From positions 8,210,850 to 8,274,849 of the forward strand of contig NC_134029.1 of assembly GCF_964204645.1 (NCBI RefSeq): DNA of 64,000 nucleotides, in the 5' to 3' direction. The DNA comes from Tubulanus polymorphus. Its lineage: Eukaryota > Animalia > Nemertea. A program made the position numbers and the translations under genes. Every line of letters begins with the position of its first letter. The first letter of the stretch is position 1. This document shows, one piece after another, positions 37,964-50,818 of the stretch. Below the pieces are notes generated by a model that saw only the letters and a list, made by a program, of their open reading frames with translations, made no database searches and was not told the origin of the DNA.

Positions 37964-38235
37964 CCCTTTCAGTGCGGTGTATGAATCGGTGATGGATTTT
38001 GCTAGTTCACCTCAATGCGGTGTATTGATGTAATTAGTAATTAGTTTTTATCTCTATTGAAAAATGGCAGCACCTGTGAAACATAGTGCAATATTAGTAA
38101 CTACCGATACACCGCACCGCGGTGTGTACGCACTATAGTGGTATTCCCGTTATTCAACATACTAGGGTGGAATTTTGCAAAATTTTCAAATTATCTCCAG
38201 CACTATAGGGTATTGATTAGTCAGCACTGAAAGGG
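37964..38235. mobile_element. piggyBac-like MITE
   Basis: TTAA-flanked CCCTTTCAGTGC TIRs. Confidence 0.9.
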
Positions 38236-41200
38236 TTAATATACAAGAAAAATGACTTTTATCCCGGATTTCCTGTGAACCGGATGAGTTTTATTTCTAC
38301 TATATCGAGCGAGTGGTTTACATGTGAACGCGCTCTCTAATCAGGCCCAGTCCAAATATGTCTCGGGGGTGGGGCAGATCCGGGCCAAATCATCTCCGCG
38401 GCTGATTTCTCCTCCCTTCACTCAAGTTATCTCTCCCACTCATTAATCTAGGTTAGTTAACCGCAGTCAGATGCGGTCGGTTAAGCCTGGCGGCTCGGGC
38501 GGCGGTTTCTTTCCCTTTTCGCACCAGCCGGAATAAACGACGTCGAAAATGACTCGCGCGATTTAATATAGAAAAAAAGCGCCGGATATTATTTGTCTGT
38601 CATCGTGTAATCATTATACATCACCGTCGGCGGCGGCACATCGGAGGCGATAAGTTATGCTTGGCGTGTGACTACTTATCTGAGTAATATTTCACTGTTT
38701 AATATCCAGTCGGTATAGCGCGCGCGCGTTTAGCACATCGTCATTAACGGGATACATCGGCGATCGCAAATCACCGTGGCCCTGTGGCATCTGGTATTCT
38801 ATTTAGTAATCTTGTGTAATCACCGTAAGGACGCACGCGTAACGGCGGCTTCTGTTTTATGGTACGTTACGAAAAAAAATGCATTAAACGCCGTCTCCCA
38901 CGGAAATTGTTTAACTTGGTATGAATTTACGTGCCCGCCTCGTGTCTTAAAGCGCCGAAGAATGGGTTGCCGCATCAAAAGTTTGCACTGAAATTGGGTA
39001 TTAATTTTAGATAAGCATCGTGACAAACTATTCCTATGAGTACTTTACATGCAAATTGCGTATCTTTAAACAAGTACAGAGCAACCAACCCTCCCGCGTG
39101 TTGCGGGACAGTCACGGAATTTCATAGATTGCCGCAGGAAATGTTATATTGTCACGGATTTTTAAACAATTGGCTTTTGTCAACGAAAAAATGTTATAGA
39201 TTTTATTGATTTCAATATTTTCAATGGAGAGTTGGCTGTTTTTTGCAAGTGGTAGGGAATAAATAATTGATGTAGGTAGCAGGAATGATATAGTAAGGCC
39301 TTCGTGAACATTGTGGTGCTAGCAGCCGCAACTCTAGGCATGATATAAGAAGGCAAACTGTTGCCGTCTTGCTAGCAGTCGGTACTTCACTTTCCCACGC
39401 ATTGACTTAGATTTCCTGAATATTTCTTTGAATTCTAAGAAATTTTTGGTTCTAAATGCAGGTTTCTTCACCTGGATTTAAGGCTGAAAAGCTTAAATAC
39501 TGGAATTTTAGGATGTCCCTGAAAATTGTTGGCTGTGCCCGAAAATGGGGATCTCTGTCTTTCAAAACAATTTTCCGGGGTTGGCAGCTCTGGATCTGAT
39601 ATTATGATGGCTGAAAATGTGGCCATGACGGAGAAAATAAATAACTATAATCCAGATTTCGTTAGCAGAATAGCGGTACCATAATCTTCCGAGAAATGTC
39701 TGACAACTTAATTTTTTTTACGACCATGGCTGCATTATTTTGGTCACCCGGGTTACATAGAAATCGTGTTTCCTCGGAAAAAAAGTCCTCGCAGACTCGA
39801 CAGTCTCAAGTCTCCATGGGACGCTACGTGATTTTATGACAATTCGCGTATATTAATAAAAGCATAGAGATTCGTGATCTGTCACTTCAGACGTGGAAAG
39901 TCATCTCGTGAAAAAAAAACCAGTTGTACTTCACATAGTCGACTGCTGTTATCCATCCTCGTTTGGCAGGGTTTGATTGCCTGCCGCTAAAGCTCACACC
40001 GACATAAACCCTGGGCCCGGTTTCATAGACCGAGTATCAAAGTTATCCCTCGGGGTAAATCCTCAATCTGGGTGACAACCACCATAGTTACAATGAGAAA
40101 CCATGGTTATAACAGACAAATTTCAAAATGTTCCCAGGGACTATTTTTCTTCCACACCTATGAAACCCACCCCTGGTCTATTACACCGCTCAAGATTTCT
40201 TGCCACCAGTCTTATATGTCTAGCCAGTCAGATGCGTTGTATTGATAGAACGAATCTGCCGGTCAGGGGCGGATCCAGAGGCCATTTTTGAAGTACTGGT
40301 CACATCTCAGAGAGCACTTTCATGTCCAAAAAAAATCAAGCGACACCAGCACAGAAAGGCGCCAATTATCTTTGTTGAAGAAATGAAAAAGGTCACTCAA
40401 AAAAATTTGATGGACTCGTACAAGTTTCACAAATCCCCTGGATCTGCCCCTGAAAACAAAGCATCTCATAGGCCACATAGACTGGTGGTCACCGAGCGGC
40501 AACCTGTCTGTCCAAGAAATCTTGTAGAAGAGCAAAGAAGGCTTTGCGGCCAGGGTTTGTGTCGGTATAACTCCCACCTCCCTGGTGTGAGCTACGCCGG
40601 GAGGCGATCAAACCGCGGCAAGTGAGGATGCCGTTATCTCGTGTTTCCAATTCTGGCCACCTCAACCGCGATAACTCCTGCGGTGGAATTGCGCCTCGCT
40701 AGACTACGCTGGTGCAGCGACAATATTTACCTTTCGCCGGTGAAATTGATATCGGAGACTGGGTAAATATTATTGTTGATGACTCGATGACAAGCTTTCG
40801 GTGAAGTCTCGATTCTTGAGTCAACGTCTGTGGCATCGGTTTACCGCGCCGCGCCGACGACTGTTGAGGTATCCACACCCTAGATGGAGTCGCGATCATA
40901 TTATTTGTCCACAAGCGATGAGTGCGCATGAATTAAGGTTTGATTTCGTTACGACCGTTTATCTAAGATAGAACTGCCTAAATCATCGCGTTTTCTGATA
41001 ATTGCGGCCACGATAACGTATTCAACACAAAACCTGCAACTTCACATGTGGGGGTGAATTTTAGGCCGGGGTCATTCGAGGCTTTACCTCATTCTATAGG
41101 GAATCAAACCATCAAGCATTGACGCTCTGCCTTAGTAGGAAAACCCAATTATTGTTGTGGGGCGGATCCAAGGCCCTACCTTGTGGGTGTTCCGTGATTT

Positions 41201-43750
41201 AAAGGGTACTGAAATTGTTGAGAACTAAAGATGGTTAAGAGCCATTCTGACGGAGTTTCGAGGCAAAAAAACGCGTTTGAAATATCATCACTGCAAGATT
41301 CTTTATGAAACCGAGAAGAAAAACATCCACAGTGTGTAGGAGAAGTGCCTTTGATGCCCATGGCTTTGATAGAAAGTGCTGCTCTGATCCTTTATCCATC
41401 ATGCGATTGCCATCAAATCCAAGTGATTTTTACTAAAAAGTGCTACCCACACCCTCATGTGGCCTTCTCATAGATTTTGACTAAAAAGAGCCCCTCATAC
41501 CCAGCTTTTTACCATTGTTGTGCCCAGTCACCTAAGAGTTTTTGCGATATTTTGCCCTTTACTCTGATTGTAATGGTTTTGACATTATGCCCTTTATGAC
41601 GCATGATGTAAGAAGTCATGCCAATATGCCCTTCTGATCTTTCAAAAAGGGCACCGACACATCTCGACATGCTCCCGGATCTGCCACTGATTACGAATAT
41701 GATATTGGCTAAGAAGTACTTCGGTATGAGATCGTACTACTAGGGATATTATGTTATATTGGATTTTGACCTTATGCGTCCAGATCTTTATTGATTCCGA
41801 TAGTCATGTCATTTGATATGTATTTTCAGTGCTTGATATTGTGTCCGTACTTGCCATTCTAGGGTTCGAATGCAATTGTCATTCGATATCGCCGAAACTT
41901 ACCAACCCAATTGATGCCCTCCCTAAGAGCAAAATCAGTTGTTATTGACTTAGTATAGAGTGACTTATACGTATCATATATGGGGAATATTGCCCCAATT
42001 GTTGGACGAGATGTAATTCTAAGCGATCAGCGTTGTAATGATATCGAGGGGAGTTCAGGTTTTATTAGGGTTGCTCAAAATTAGCCGATAATGCGCGCGC
42101 TGTATCAGAAATTTTGCCCCCGCAGAACGAATCTTAACTCGATCGCAATAATGTCACCCCATTCCCACGTTTAACGGTCGGCGATCATATTCTATCCTCG
42201 CTCGCGGACGACTTACACTTCTTGAGCAATTTTCGTTGTCGGTAAAATATTTGAATTAAATTGATTCTCGATTATACGTTGGTATATGAATTTGTCGGCC
42301 TGGTGTTAATTGATCTGAAGATCGGTTGAAGTAGTTTTCTAGCTGACGATGCGCAATTAAAACACACGCTCACCGTTAACTGGGAATATTTGGGTTGACA
42401 CATGTTGCTCCTATAATGCCATCAATATCACATCCTGCCATATAGAATGTCACGGCGTGATAGCGACCCTCAACTTCCGATTAACGCCAATTTTTTTACG
42501 TAGCTTATCGCGACTGCCTCGTTCGTACTTCAGTAGCCTAATCTCTGAATCGCGACCAGCAATGCTAGGAAATGGCGTGTATCCCTGAGAATATCTTCCA
42601 GTTGACTAATTCTGTTCATGCTATTTTGTATCGGTCAATCCCTCCTTGCGCAGCGCACAAATTTCTTACCATACCAGCATTACTCTGTGCCCGCGCTACG
42701 ATATGGCCTTGGCCTTGACCAGTTATCGATTGGCTACGGCTCTGATGAGAAAAATATTCATACGATTCAATACCTAATAACATGACTGATATATATCTGA
42801 TGACCTTGCTTATTCAGGTAGTAGGCAGTTTCAATTCAGCCACTTCGGCTCGTAAGCTATAATTGGAAGAGGGCGCTTTCAAAGAAAGCACTTGCGCAAA
42901 CATAAGTGATGACTGTCCAATTAATCTAAATGAACTTTTCTCTTAAATGAATCCATTATTAATGAAAACTATACTGATATCCGAGTAGAAGAATGAATTT
43001 ATTGTTTTGGTGGGTGCTGTGATAATGTATGGATTCGGTAGTCTAAAAATCCAGTTCCAAGTTTGTTGACCTGATTTTGACAACGGACGACCCATTGCTC
43101 GTCACACCATCTGGTGGGATAGCTGGTTTGGCAGGTTCATCATTACGGGCATTAGGTATAGTAATGTAGGAGAATTGTTGATTTTCTTGACTTTCTGTCT
43201 TTTCTACATCATCACATTGCAAAGAAACAATTTGAATATTTCCGCATATAAAATTGCAGTGCATTCGGTTGCTTATGAGAAAATTGTTTCATTCCCATTT
43301 ATGCTCATTGTCAGTAAAATCCCGTCAGTTTTTCTGACACCTCGATCGACTTTTCGATGGAATGAATAGCGCAATTTTGACAAGAATTTTGAAATTCGAA
43401 TCGAAAGACAACATATCTTACTGTCAGTCTGTCTGCTGTAACCACTGATAGTGTGAATCATGGCGAGACATTTCGATTTGAAATGAAGCAAATTAGATTA
43501 ATTCTTGTTAATATGTGGCACTTCTGACAGAGGCAGCCCGATTTTCGAGGTCTAAATACTGACTGCTCAACATGAAAACCAGAATAGCAGTCAGAGCTGA
43601 AACTTTGGAAAATCATGAGACTGTATATAGCCTGCCTATAATTGCAGAAACTATCGAACTTTGGAAAATTAGAGTTTGTTCGTAAATTTCTGCGCTACGC
43701 CGATAAATCTAGCTATACGTTGTATGAATTATCTAACCACCGTTCAGATA

Positions 43751-44090
43751 AAATCTATGGGCGACAATTCCCTTTAAAGTCAGCATTTCGTCTATTTGCC
43801 TGTACTTTGATAAAATGTCATAGTATACCGTCAAAATGTCTAAGCGTAATGTCAAATTGTGTAATGCGGGTTTCCCGGGACGACGTGATTTACATGTACA
43901 TGGCGCCATCAGATGATGGCTAACCTAAAAAAAATACTGTCGGTACAGTGTCGCCCCCTTGTGACATTTAGCCGCATTACACAATTTGCGATACGCTTAG
44001 ACATTTTGACGGTATAATATGACATTTTATAAAAGTACAGACGAATAGACGAAACGCTGATTTTTTAAGGGAATCGTCCCCCATATAAAT
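43751..44090. repeat. Diverged inverted repeat, ~118-bp arms with ~100-bp spacer
   Basis: 43751-43869 is the reverse complement of 43972-44090, with scattered substitutions. Confidence 0.85.
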
Positions 44091-44247
44091 TATTTTCTCT
44101 ACTATTCGTGTCTTGTCTTGTGTCTCCTGTTAACAACTCTACCAACTCTACCAACTTCGCTCTACTGTAACGGACACGCCAACTTCACTCTACTGTAACG
44201 GGGTCACGAATGCACTAGCTAAACATCTGTATCGTTTTTATTTTCAG

Positions 44248-44322
44248 GCCTGTATCGAACATGGGTTCGGCGACGCGACTCATACAGAATCAACACCATA
44301 CCGGCGGTTTCGCCCGCGCCAG
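44248..44322 (+). CDS. NCX: NCX 75-nt symmetric exon (phase 2-2): PVSNMGSATRLIQNQHHTGGFARA(R)
   Basis: Acceptor gtttttattttcAG, donor CAG|GTAAGA. Joins the next exon to give FARARFRHAAVRSMMGG, matching the NCX SRAFYRIQATRLMTG motif. Confidence 0.82.
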
Positions 44323-44965
44323 GTAAGAGAGAGAAACAGTGATGATAATAATTTTCGGCTGCCATTTATCATTTGTCATAATCGGCTAGACGTACGCCGT
44401 CGCCATTGGAACGGCCGAGAGATTCTATACGCGGAAATATTTACGCATTGCGGGATGTTTTCACCGGGTTTCGCGATTGCCCCGCACAAAGAATCATTCA
44501 TCAACGTAAAGCGCTAATTATAATCGCTCGATCTTTGATCATTAGCATCAACAGTTTATGATTCATAATACGCTGTATACGGGTTTCCTACCACATGTTC
44601 GATGATCACCACAGCGACCTTCGATAAGAGTTCTCGCGTTGTTTCGCTGTGCGTGGTCAAAGCAATCCTCCGAATAAACAGTGATTTCTTAATACCAAAT
44701 ATATATTTATGACATTGCGATTTAAGAGTTTCTATAGTGCGCCTGGAGGCCTGTAGGACTTGGTCGAATAGAAAGATTTCGTATTGTCCTTATTAAAGCC
44801 AGTGGAGAAGTTTCTTATTCTGTTTCTTATTCCGCCCTAGAATTCCTAGAATTGCAAATAATTTCATTAGTCTTGATAGCACATTACTGAAAAAGGCTTT
44901 AATGTAAATTTGCGATGTAGAATGGGTACCTGGATGCTGATTATGGTAGAATGCCTTAAGATTAT

Positions 44966-45242
44966 AGCCGCGATCTCACAAGCGTCTTTGGCGTGGGCCA
45001 ACCACTCACATAGTTGCTGAATGTACCTGTGCCTTTTTGGCATGGGCCAAACTTGGCCCGATCCAAATTTAGCGTGGACCAAATTATGGGAAGTGAATTG
45101 CAACTGGTTCTGGAAGTGACTCGCTTCACTTAGTTTTACTATTGAGTGAGTGGTCTATGTGTGAACAAGCTCTTTGATTAGGCATGGGCCAAGTTTGACT
45201 TGGGCCTGATCCAGGCCAAATTGTATCCGTGTGATCACGGCT
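44966..45242. mobile_element. AGCCGCGATCACAC-family MITE
   Basis: TIRs AGCCGCGATC / GATCACGGCT, TAT duplication. Confidence 0.85.
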
Positions 45243-48200
45243 TATTACTACATAAGATATGTATCAATCTGACATACCAGTATTTGTTAATGAGGAAAAC
45301 CTTCAAGGGATTTGAATTGATTATCGCTGATAAAAGAATTCCACCTGTGGCAAGGACGACTACGCCTAGGTTTGCTAGTAGTAAATTGGTCTTCTATGTT
45401 CAATTTCTTCTACATTTAGATTGAAATTGAATAGTAAATCAACTCTTTCGAACATTATCACAAGAAAATTGACTTGAAAGTTTACTGATACCTCGAAGGC
45501 ATATCGACTTTATCGACAAGTAAATCGAATAAACCGGCGACCAATCTAGCCCCAATATTGATGACATAGTGCACATCCATACCATAATATCCTAATTGCC
45601 ATTAAAATCCATATAAAAAAAAACATGAAAATTCATTGAAAAAGTATTAACAATTTATTCAATAACGAAATAAATGCCATCATTTGGTAATGTTCGAAAG
45701 GTCAATATCGATGATGATGATGACGACGTAGTGCACATCCACTCCAAAATCCAGTTCAGAGTTGATCGAAAATGACCTAATTTTGACAACCTAATGAGTG
45801 CTCCCCGTTTCACTCTTGCTCCTTGATATACTCATTACAAACCCTCTACCGAAGATAAACGATGTTCACATTTTGCAAAAACCTCCACAAGGGTTTATTT
45901 TCTAATGAGTTTGAAGGTAACTACTTGACATATCGACTTCAGTAGCATGAAAAATTAATGTGCGGTGTATATACCTCAGAACACGTATACACACGTTTCT
46001 TAATAATTGCAATCTGGTGGCAGTGCATTAAATATTTATGTTGATATTAATATCACAAACTAACGTGCAAAAGTACTACTGTCTTACCTGTATGGTTTAA
46101 ATTTGTGGGCACTATTTCTCTTAGGTATGGGGATCCGTTGGTCTTGCCAAATTTTATAGAGCGTATTGCCCTTTGAAGGGAATAATCCAATATTGCAAAA
46201 TTATTTTTTTAATAAAATTGTCCCTTCATTTTACAGAAAGTGCCTTCAGATTTTTTTCAGCAATATCATGCCCTTAAAACAAAATGCACTCAAAATTTTA
46301 AGGGTATTGCGGAAGTCTCATAGGATCTCATGATTTGCCCCTGTGCAGGCTAGCTGACTTCAGTCCTAAAAGTCTTAACCCTTTCAGCGCTAACTTATTA
46401 CTTATTATGTGCGGTGTATCATTAGTTACTACAATACACTAGTTCGGCACGTGCTGCCATCTTTCAAGAGAGATGAAAACTAATTGTTAATTGCATCATT
46501 ACACCGCGGTGTGGTGTACAAGCAAAGTCCATCACCGATTTATACACCGCATAAGTTTTAAGTTGTTAGGTAAGAAAAAATACTCTGTATACAAGCCTTT
46601 GGTGTTTGCAAGGCTTTATGGTGTTTGCAACACACTTCACCTAGATGATTTTTAAAGAAATATCAAAATGCAATGCAATATCATCGTGTATAGGCATTTG
46701 GATTGAATCTGACAGTTCTGAGCTTAAATCGATCATCAGCTAATCATTTTCCTGTAGACATACGTAGCTCGAACTATCGTTCTTAAGAGGTCCGGATCCA
46801 ATTTGACAGTTCTGAGTTTGACAGTTTCGATGGTCGCGTCTTTAGTGAGATGTGACCCTTGAACAATTGGAAATGAGCTCATCGAGGATAAACTCAACCG
46901 ATGCGTTGAACTGGATTTGCTGTTGAGGATATCGCATTATACGTATATGTATATATGATGTAATGATATATGCAATATGGTATATCCGATGATGCTGGAT
47001 CAGGGAAAACGGAAAACCGGTTAGAGCGTTTCAATATTCCATTACATACTTCGTTCATATTTCAAACGAAATCAAAGATGATCAGGTCCATTATTGACTA
47101 CAGCCAGCGAAGCCTCTAGAGGTTTCACCCGGCTAATGCTGTTGATTCATTATGCTTAAAATGTTAAATTACATCGCCTATGGGGCAAATTGTCATTAGA
47201 GCTCTGCATCGATCTATTGGACTTTAGATCTTCGCTTACGTTGTCTGTGGGTCCTCTACCAACTGGCGACAGTGAACATTATAGCGGCGATCACACAAGC
47301 ATTTTTGGCCCGGAACAACTGTTCACACGGGTGCCAAATGGGCCCGAGCCTGTTTGGCCCGACCAAAAACGTAGGACCAGGACAAATGATTGCGTTTGAA
47401 TTGCAACTGGCACCGGAAATGATCCACTTCGCTTTGTTTGAGTATTGTTGAGTATCGAGTGAATGGTTTGCGTGTGAACGCGCTCTCTAATTAGGCACGG
47501 TATGATGTTTTTTGGTCAGGGCAAGTTTGGTCGGTGTGAAACGGGTACGGGACCCATTTGACGCCAGCATGAAGAAATACCACGGGCCTAATCTGAAATT
47601 GGCCAAATCGGGCGTTCACGGGATAGAAAAGCATTCTAAACAACAGGAGCAAATTTGATATCCAGAGACTGCGTTTGCTGAGAAAATGAAGCAATACTCT
47701 GTGATGATCTGCCAAATCATCGAAAATTTGTGATTAAAATTTCAAGATTCATCGGGCGGCAAACATGACGCTGTAGTGCAGCGTTGTTCGTCGAGTATCA
47801 CTGATGATTGTTTGTCGAGAGCTCATGACAACAGTTAATTTGCTGATATCAAGACGGAACTCCGTTCGATGACAGTCTTATCGATCGCGATTGTCCATTC
47901 TAGGGCTCCGTCGTCTTTTCGCTACGGAAAATTTGATTTCACTTCAGCTCTCGACTTCAGTACGATATAATTGATTTTTTGTTTTCTTTCTTTTTTTGCG
48001 ACGCAATACCATGGATTATTGAGCTATGTAACTGAGCATCGAACTAATCTTTCGCCGAAACATTATTTTCTCTCTGCGCTCAAACAACCTTTCTACTATC
48101 TTTTGCACAATTATTTTTCAGAAGTATTTCCGTTGAATCTGACACGTTTTCATTCATTTATTTTTTCGTTTCCTTGCGTTTTTCTCGGATTTAAGACTAA

Positions 48201-50681
48201 GGTATCGGGGTTGTATCGATGTTAAATGTAGAATATATTTACCATTTCTGTTTCTGTTCCTTCATTTTCTCTGCATATGTTTCCTTTCTGGCACAATCCT
48301 TCCTAGATACAGATTTCTTTTCACCCTCGGTCATGGTCAAATTTAGTGTTCGTTCAATTTTAGATATGATCGCAAATCAGTTTAGATAATTTTTTTACAC
48401 CGTATGATAGCTTTAACACTACACGATAGAGAAACGTTTAACAAAGATGATCAATCTCATGTTTTGTCAAGCGACTTGGCCTGGGTTTAGAAAATCGAAA
48501 TATGGTCATCTCAAGTTTAAGCATCAGGTGTGGAAATGGAAAGTGGAAAGATTGTAGACATTTATGAGCTGGAGATTAACCCATCTCATCAACCTTAAAC
48601 TCCGCAATCTTGAGTTAATCAGTAAATAATGTATGAACTCAATAGTATTCAGTTTCCATCAAGCTAAACACAGCTTTACATGAGATAATAAAAAATCGAG
48701 TATCCTTAATTTTACTCTTTCTCTTGAATTTAGTTGATATAGTAGATAGACCCTAAAATGTAGTTTATTTCAACTTGCAATAAGTCATTTTATAGATTCC
48801 CGCGGGTGGTTCTAGGAAAATTGGAAGGCTGGGTCCAGAAAAAAATAAAAAAGGCATTTCTCGGATAAAGCAGCCAGGTCAGGGCCTCTATTGGGGTTCT
48901 GTGTGGTTCCGCCCTCGGTTTTAGATATTTTGAAGAAATACATCAGAAAGGTGGCAATTTCCAAGAGGGCGAGTGTCAAACAGTTTTAACGATATCTGAC
49001 TTGACAAAAAGGGTCACCTCAATGTGCAGGCAGGGGTCCAGACCCTGCAGACCACTCCCTAAATCCACCCTGATTTCTCTAGTATAGAGATAGCTACCCG
49101 GGTACTTAATGCGGTATTATGATCCATAACCGGAGAAATGCGGACTCGATTTCTGGCATGTCATACTGTTTAATCAATATTCATCGCCTAGGGGGGCCGT
49201 TTTTACCCTTGTGTATTGCGAACGCGGCGAAAATCTGGTTTATTCATTCCAAATATATGGCTCCGAGCAGTAAGAGTTATGCGGGAAAGATTCGAACTTA
49301 TGACGAACCGACATGATCATGTTTCCAAGGTCTTCAATCAAACAGCGTCCTAATTCCTAGTTAGTCCGAGTGATTACGCGAAGGTTTATCAAATGAGTTG
49401 GGACAGTAACGTTATTGTTTAGTGAATATATGAGTAATGCACGGTATAAACTTAGTTACTTATTTGCGGAATTAGCGGAACAGACTTTGATGAGCTTCAT
49501 TTACCTAAGTTTGCTGCGCAGTAAGGAGTATATGTATGTATATATTATATCCATGGTATATGATATCCATGGCTAATTGATATTCAAATTATTATAATCA
49601 GTGGATATTCACTTCTCTCCCATGTGCTGGGAACTTCTGAAAGACATCATGGAAATTTCCTTTCGTTTTTAATAATGTGCTCATAATTGATATGCAACGT
49701 GGCTGCGGATGGGTGGTTTATGCGCGACCGCAATATTACGAAATGAACGTGATGTAGGCCGTATTGTTGGTACGAACTGGAAATCGGACAGAACAATAAA
49801 ATGGTAGGAATGCTCTCAACGAAAGCTACTTCAGCGCCATAAGATTCTGAAAATTGGCATTTGACGTCGATTTTTGCATCGTCGTCTAATAGATGTGATG
49901 TTCGCGTTTTAGTAAATATTGCATGGAATGCCAATTTGATTCACTGACGTTCGTAGTCTCTGCATTGAGGAAGCCTCGAAATGGCCCCTTTATATGTTAC
50001 AATTACCCTACCATCATCCGCAGGAAATCCTATGAACCTTAAGCATTGTTAATCACGTGATTGGAGAATGACACAACGCACTTCTTTACTTAAGAAAAAG
50101 TATCAAATTCTGGCTCCGTTGAAGACTTGCCAAGAATTATTTCTACATGGCAGAAACATTGATTGCAAATAGAATTTGTTAGTTCAACCATGGACTCAAA
50201 AATAAAAAGAGAATCATCATGGTTGAACATGGTCTAAAAGTTATTTATGTTCTGTAGTAAAAGTAAGTTGCGTAATCATCCAACTGAATTACCCTGTGTC
50301 GGTGGTACTCCGTAGTGATCCCTTTGGTGAAAGTTTGTGAATTGTATTATTAGAATGTGTGTATATCAGGGTGGCCACTTACCAGGTCAGAGAATTCTTT
50401 TATTTTCCCAAAAAGGAGAATTTCGTTAAAAAGCTATAAGTTGGACATTTTTTGATTTTGCAAGATCGCACCTAAAATCAAACAGGGTCCGTCTATGTTT
50501 AACGTATTTGACTATGTTAATTGATTGGATTCTTAGCAGATAAAGTCGGGGAAAACAACGTACATGTCAGGAAATTTTCAGGGAAAAAGTCACCACCCTG
50601 ATATATATTGACGTAATTTCCGAAAAAATCAGATTTGCGATATGTTTTTTGATTGAGAATAGATTTTGTGTACTGTTTCAG

Positions 50682-50818
50682 GTTTCGCCACGCGGCTGTG
50701 CGGTCAATGATGGGCGGCAAAAAACACCATAATCTGACCGTGCCAAAACCGGCAAAAATGGCCGAAGTCGTTGATGATGTTCGACAGATTCATAACTTAG
50801 ACGTTCAAACTCCCAGTG
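50682..50818 (+). CDS. NCX: NCX 137-nt exon (phase 2 to 1): FRHAAVRSMMGGKKHHNLTVPKPAKMAEVVDDVRQIHNLDVQTPS
   Basis: Acceptor tactgtttcAG, donor G|GTGAGT. Conserved f-loop motif (R-FR--A-R-M-GG) preceding CBD1. Confidence 0.88.

Noticed and set aside
43043-43264. Minus-strand ORF with protein-like composition (DDVEKTESQENQQ..LELDF*) as a nested gene exon
   Set aside because: The would-be acceptor reads ttctttgcAA rather than AG, there is no recognisable domain, and no partner exons were found.
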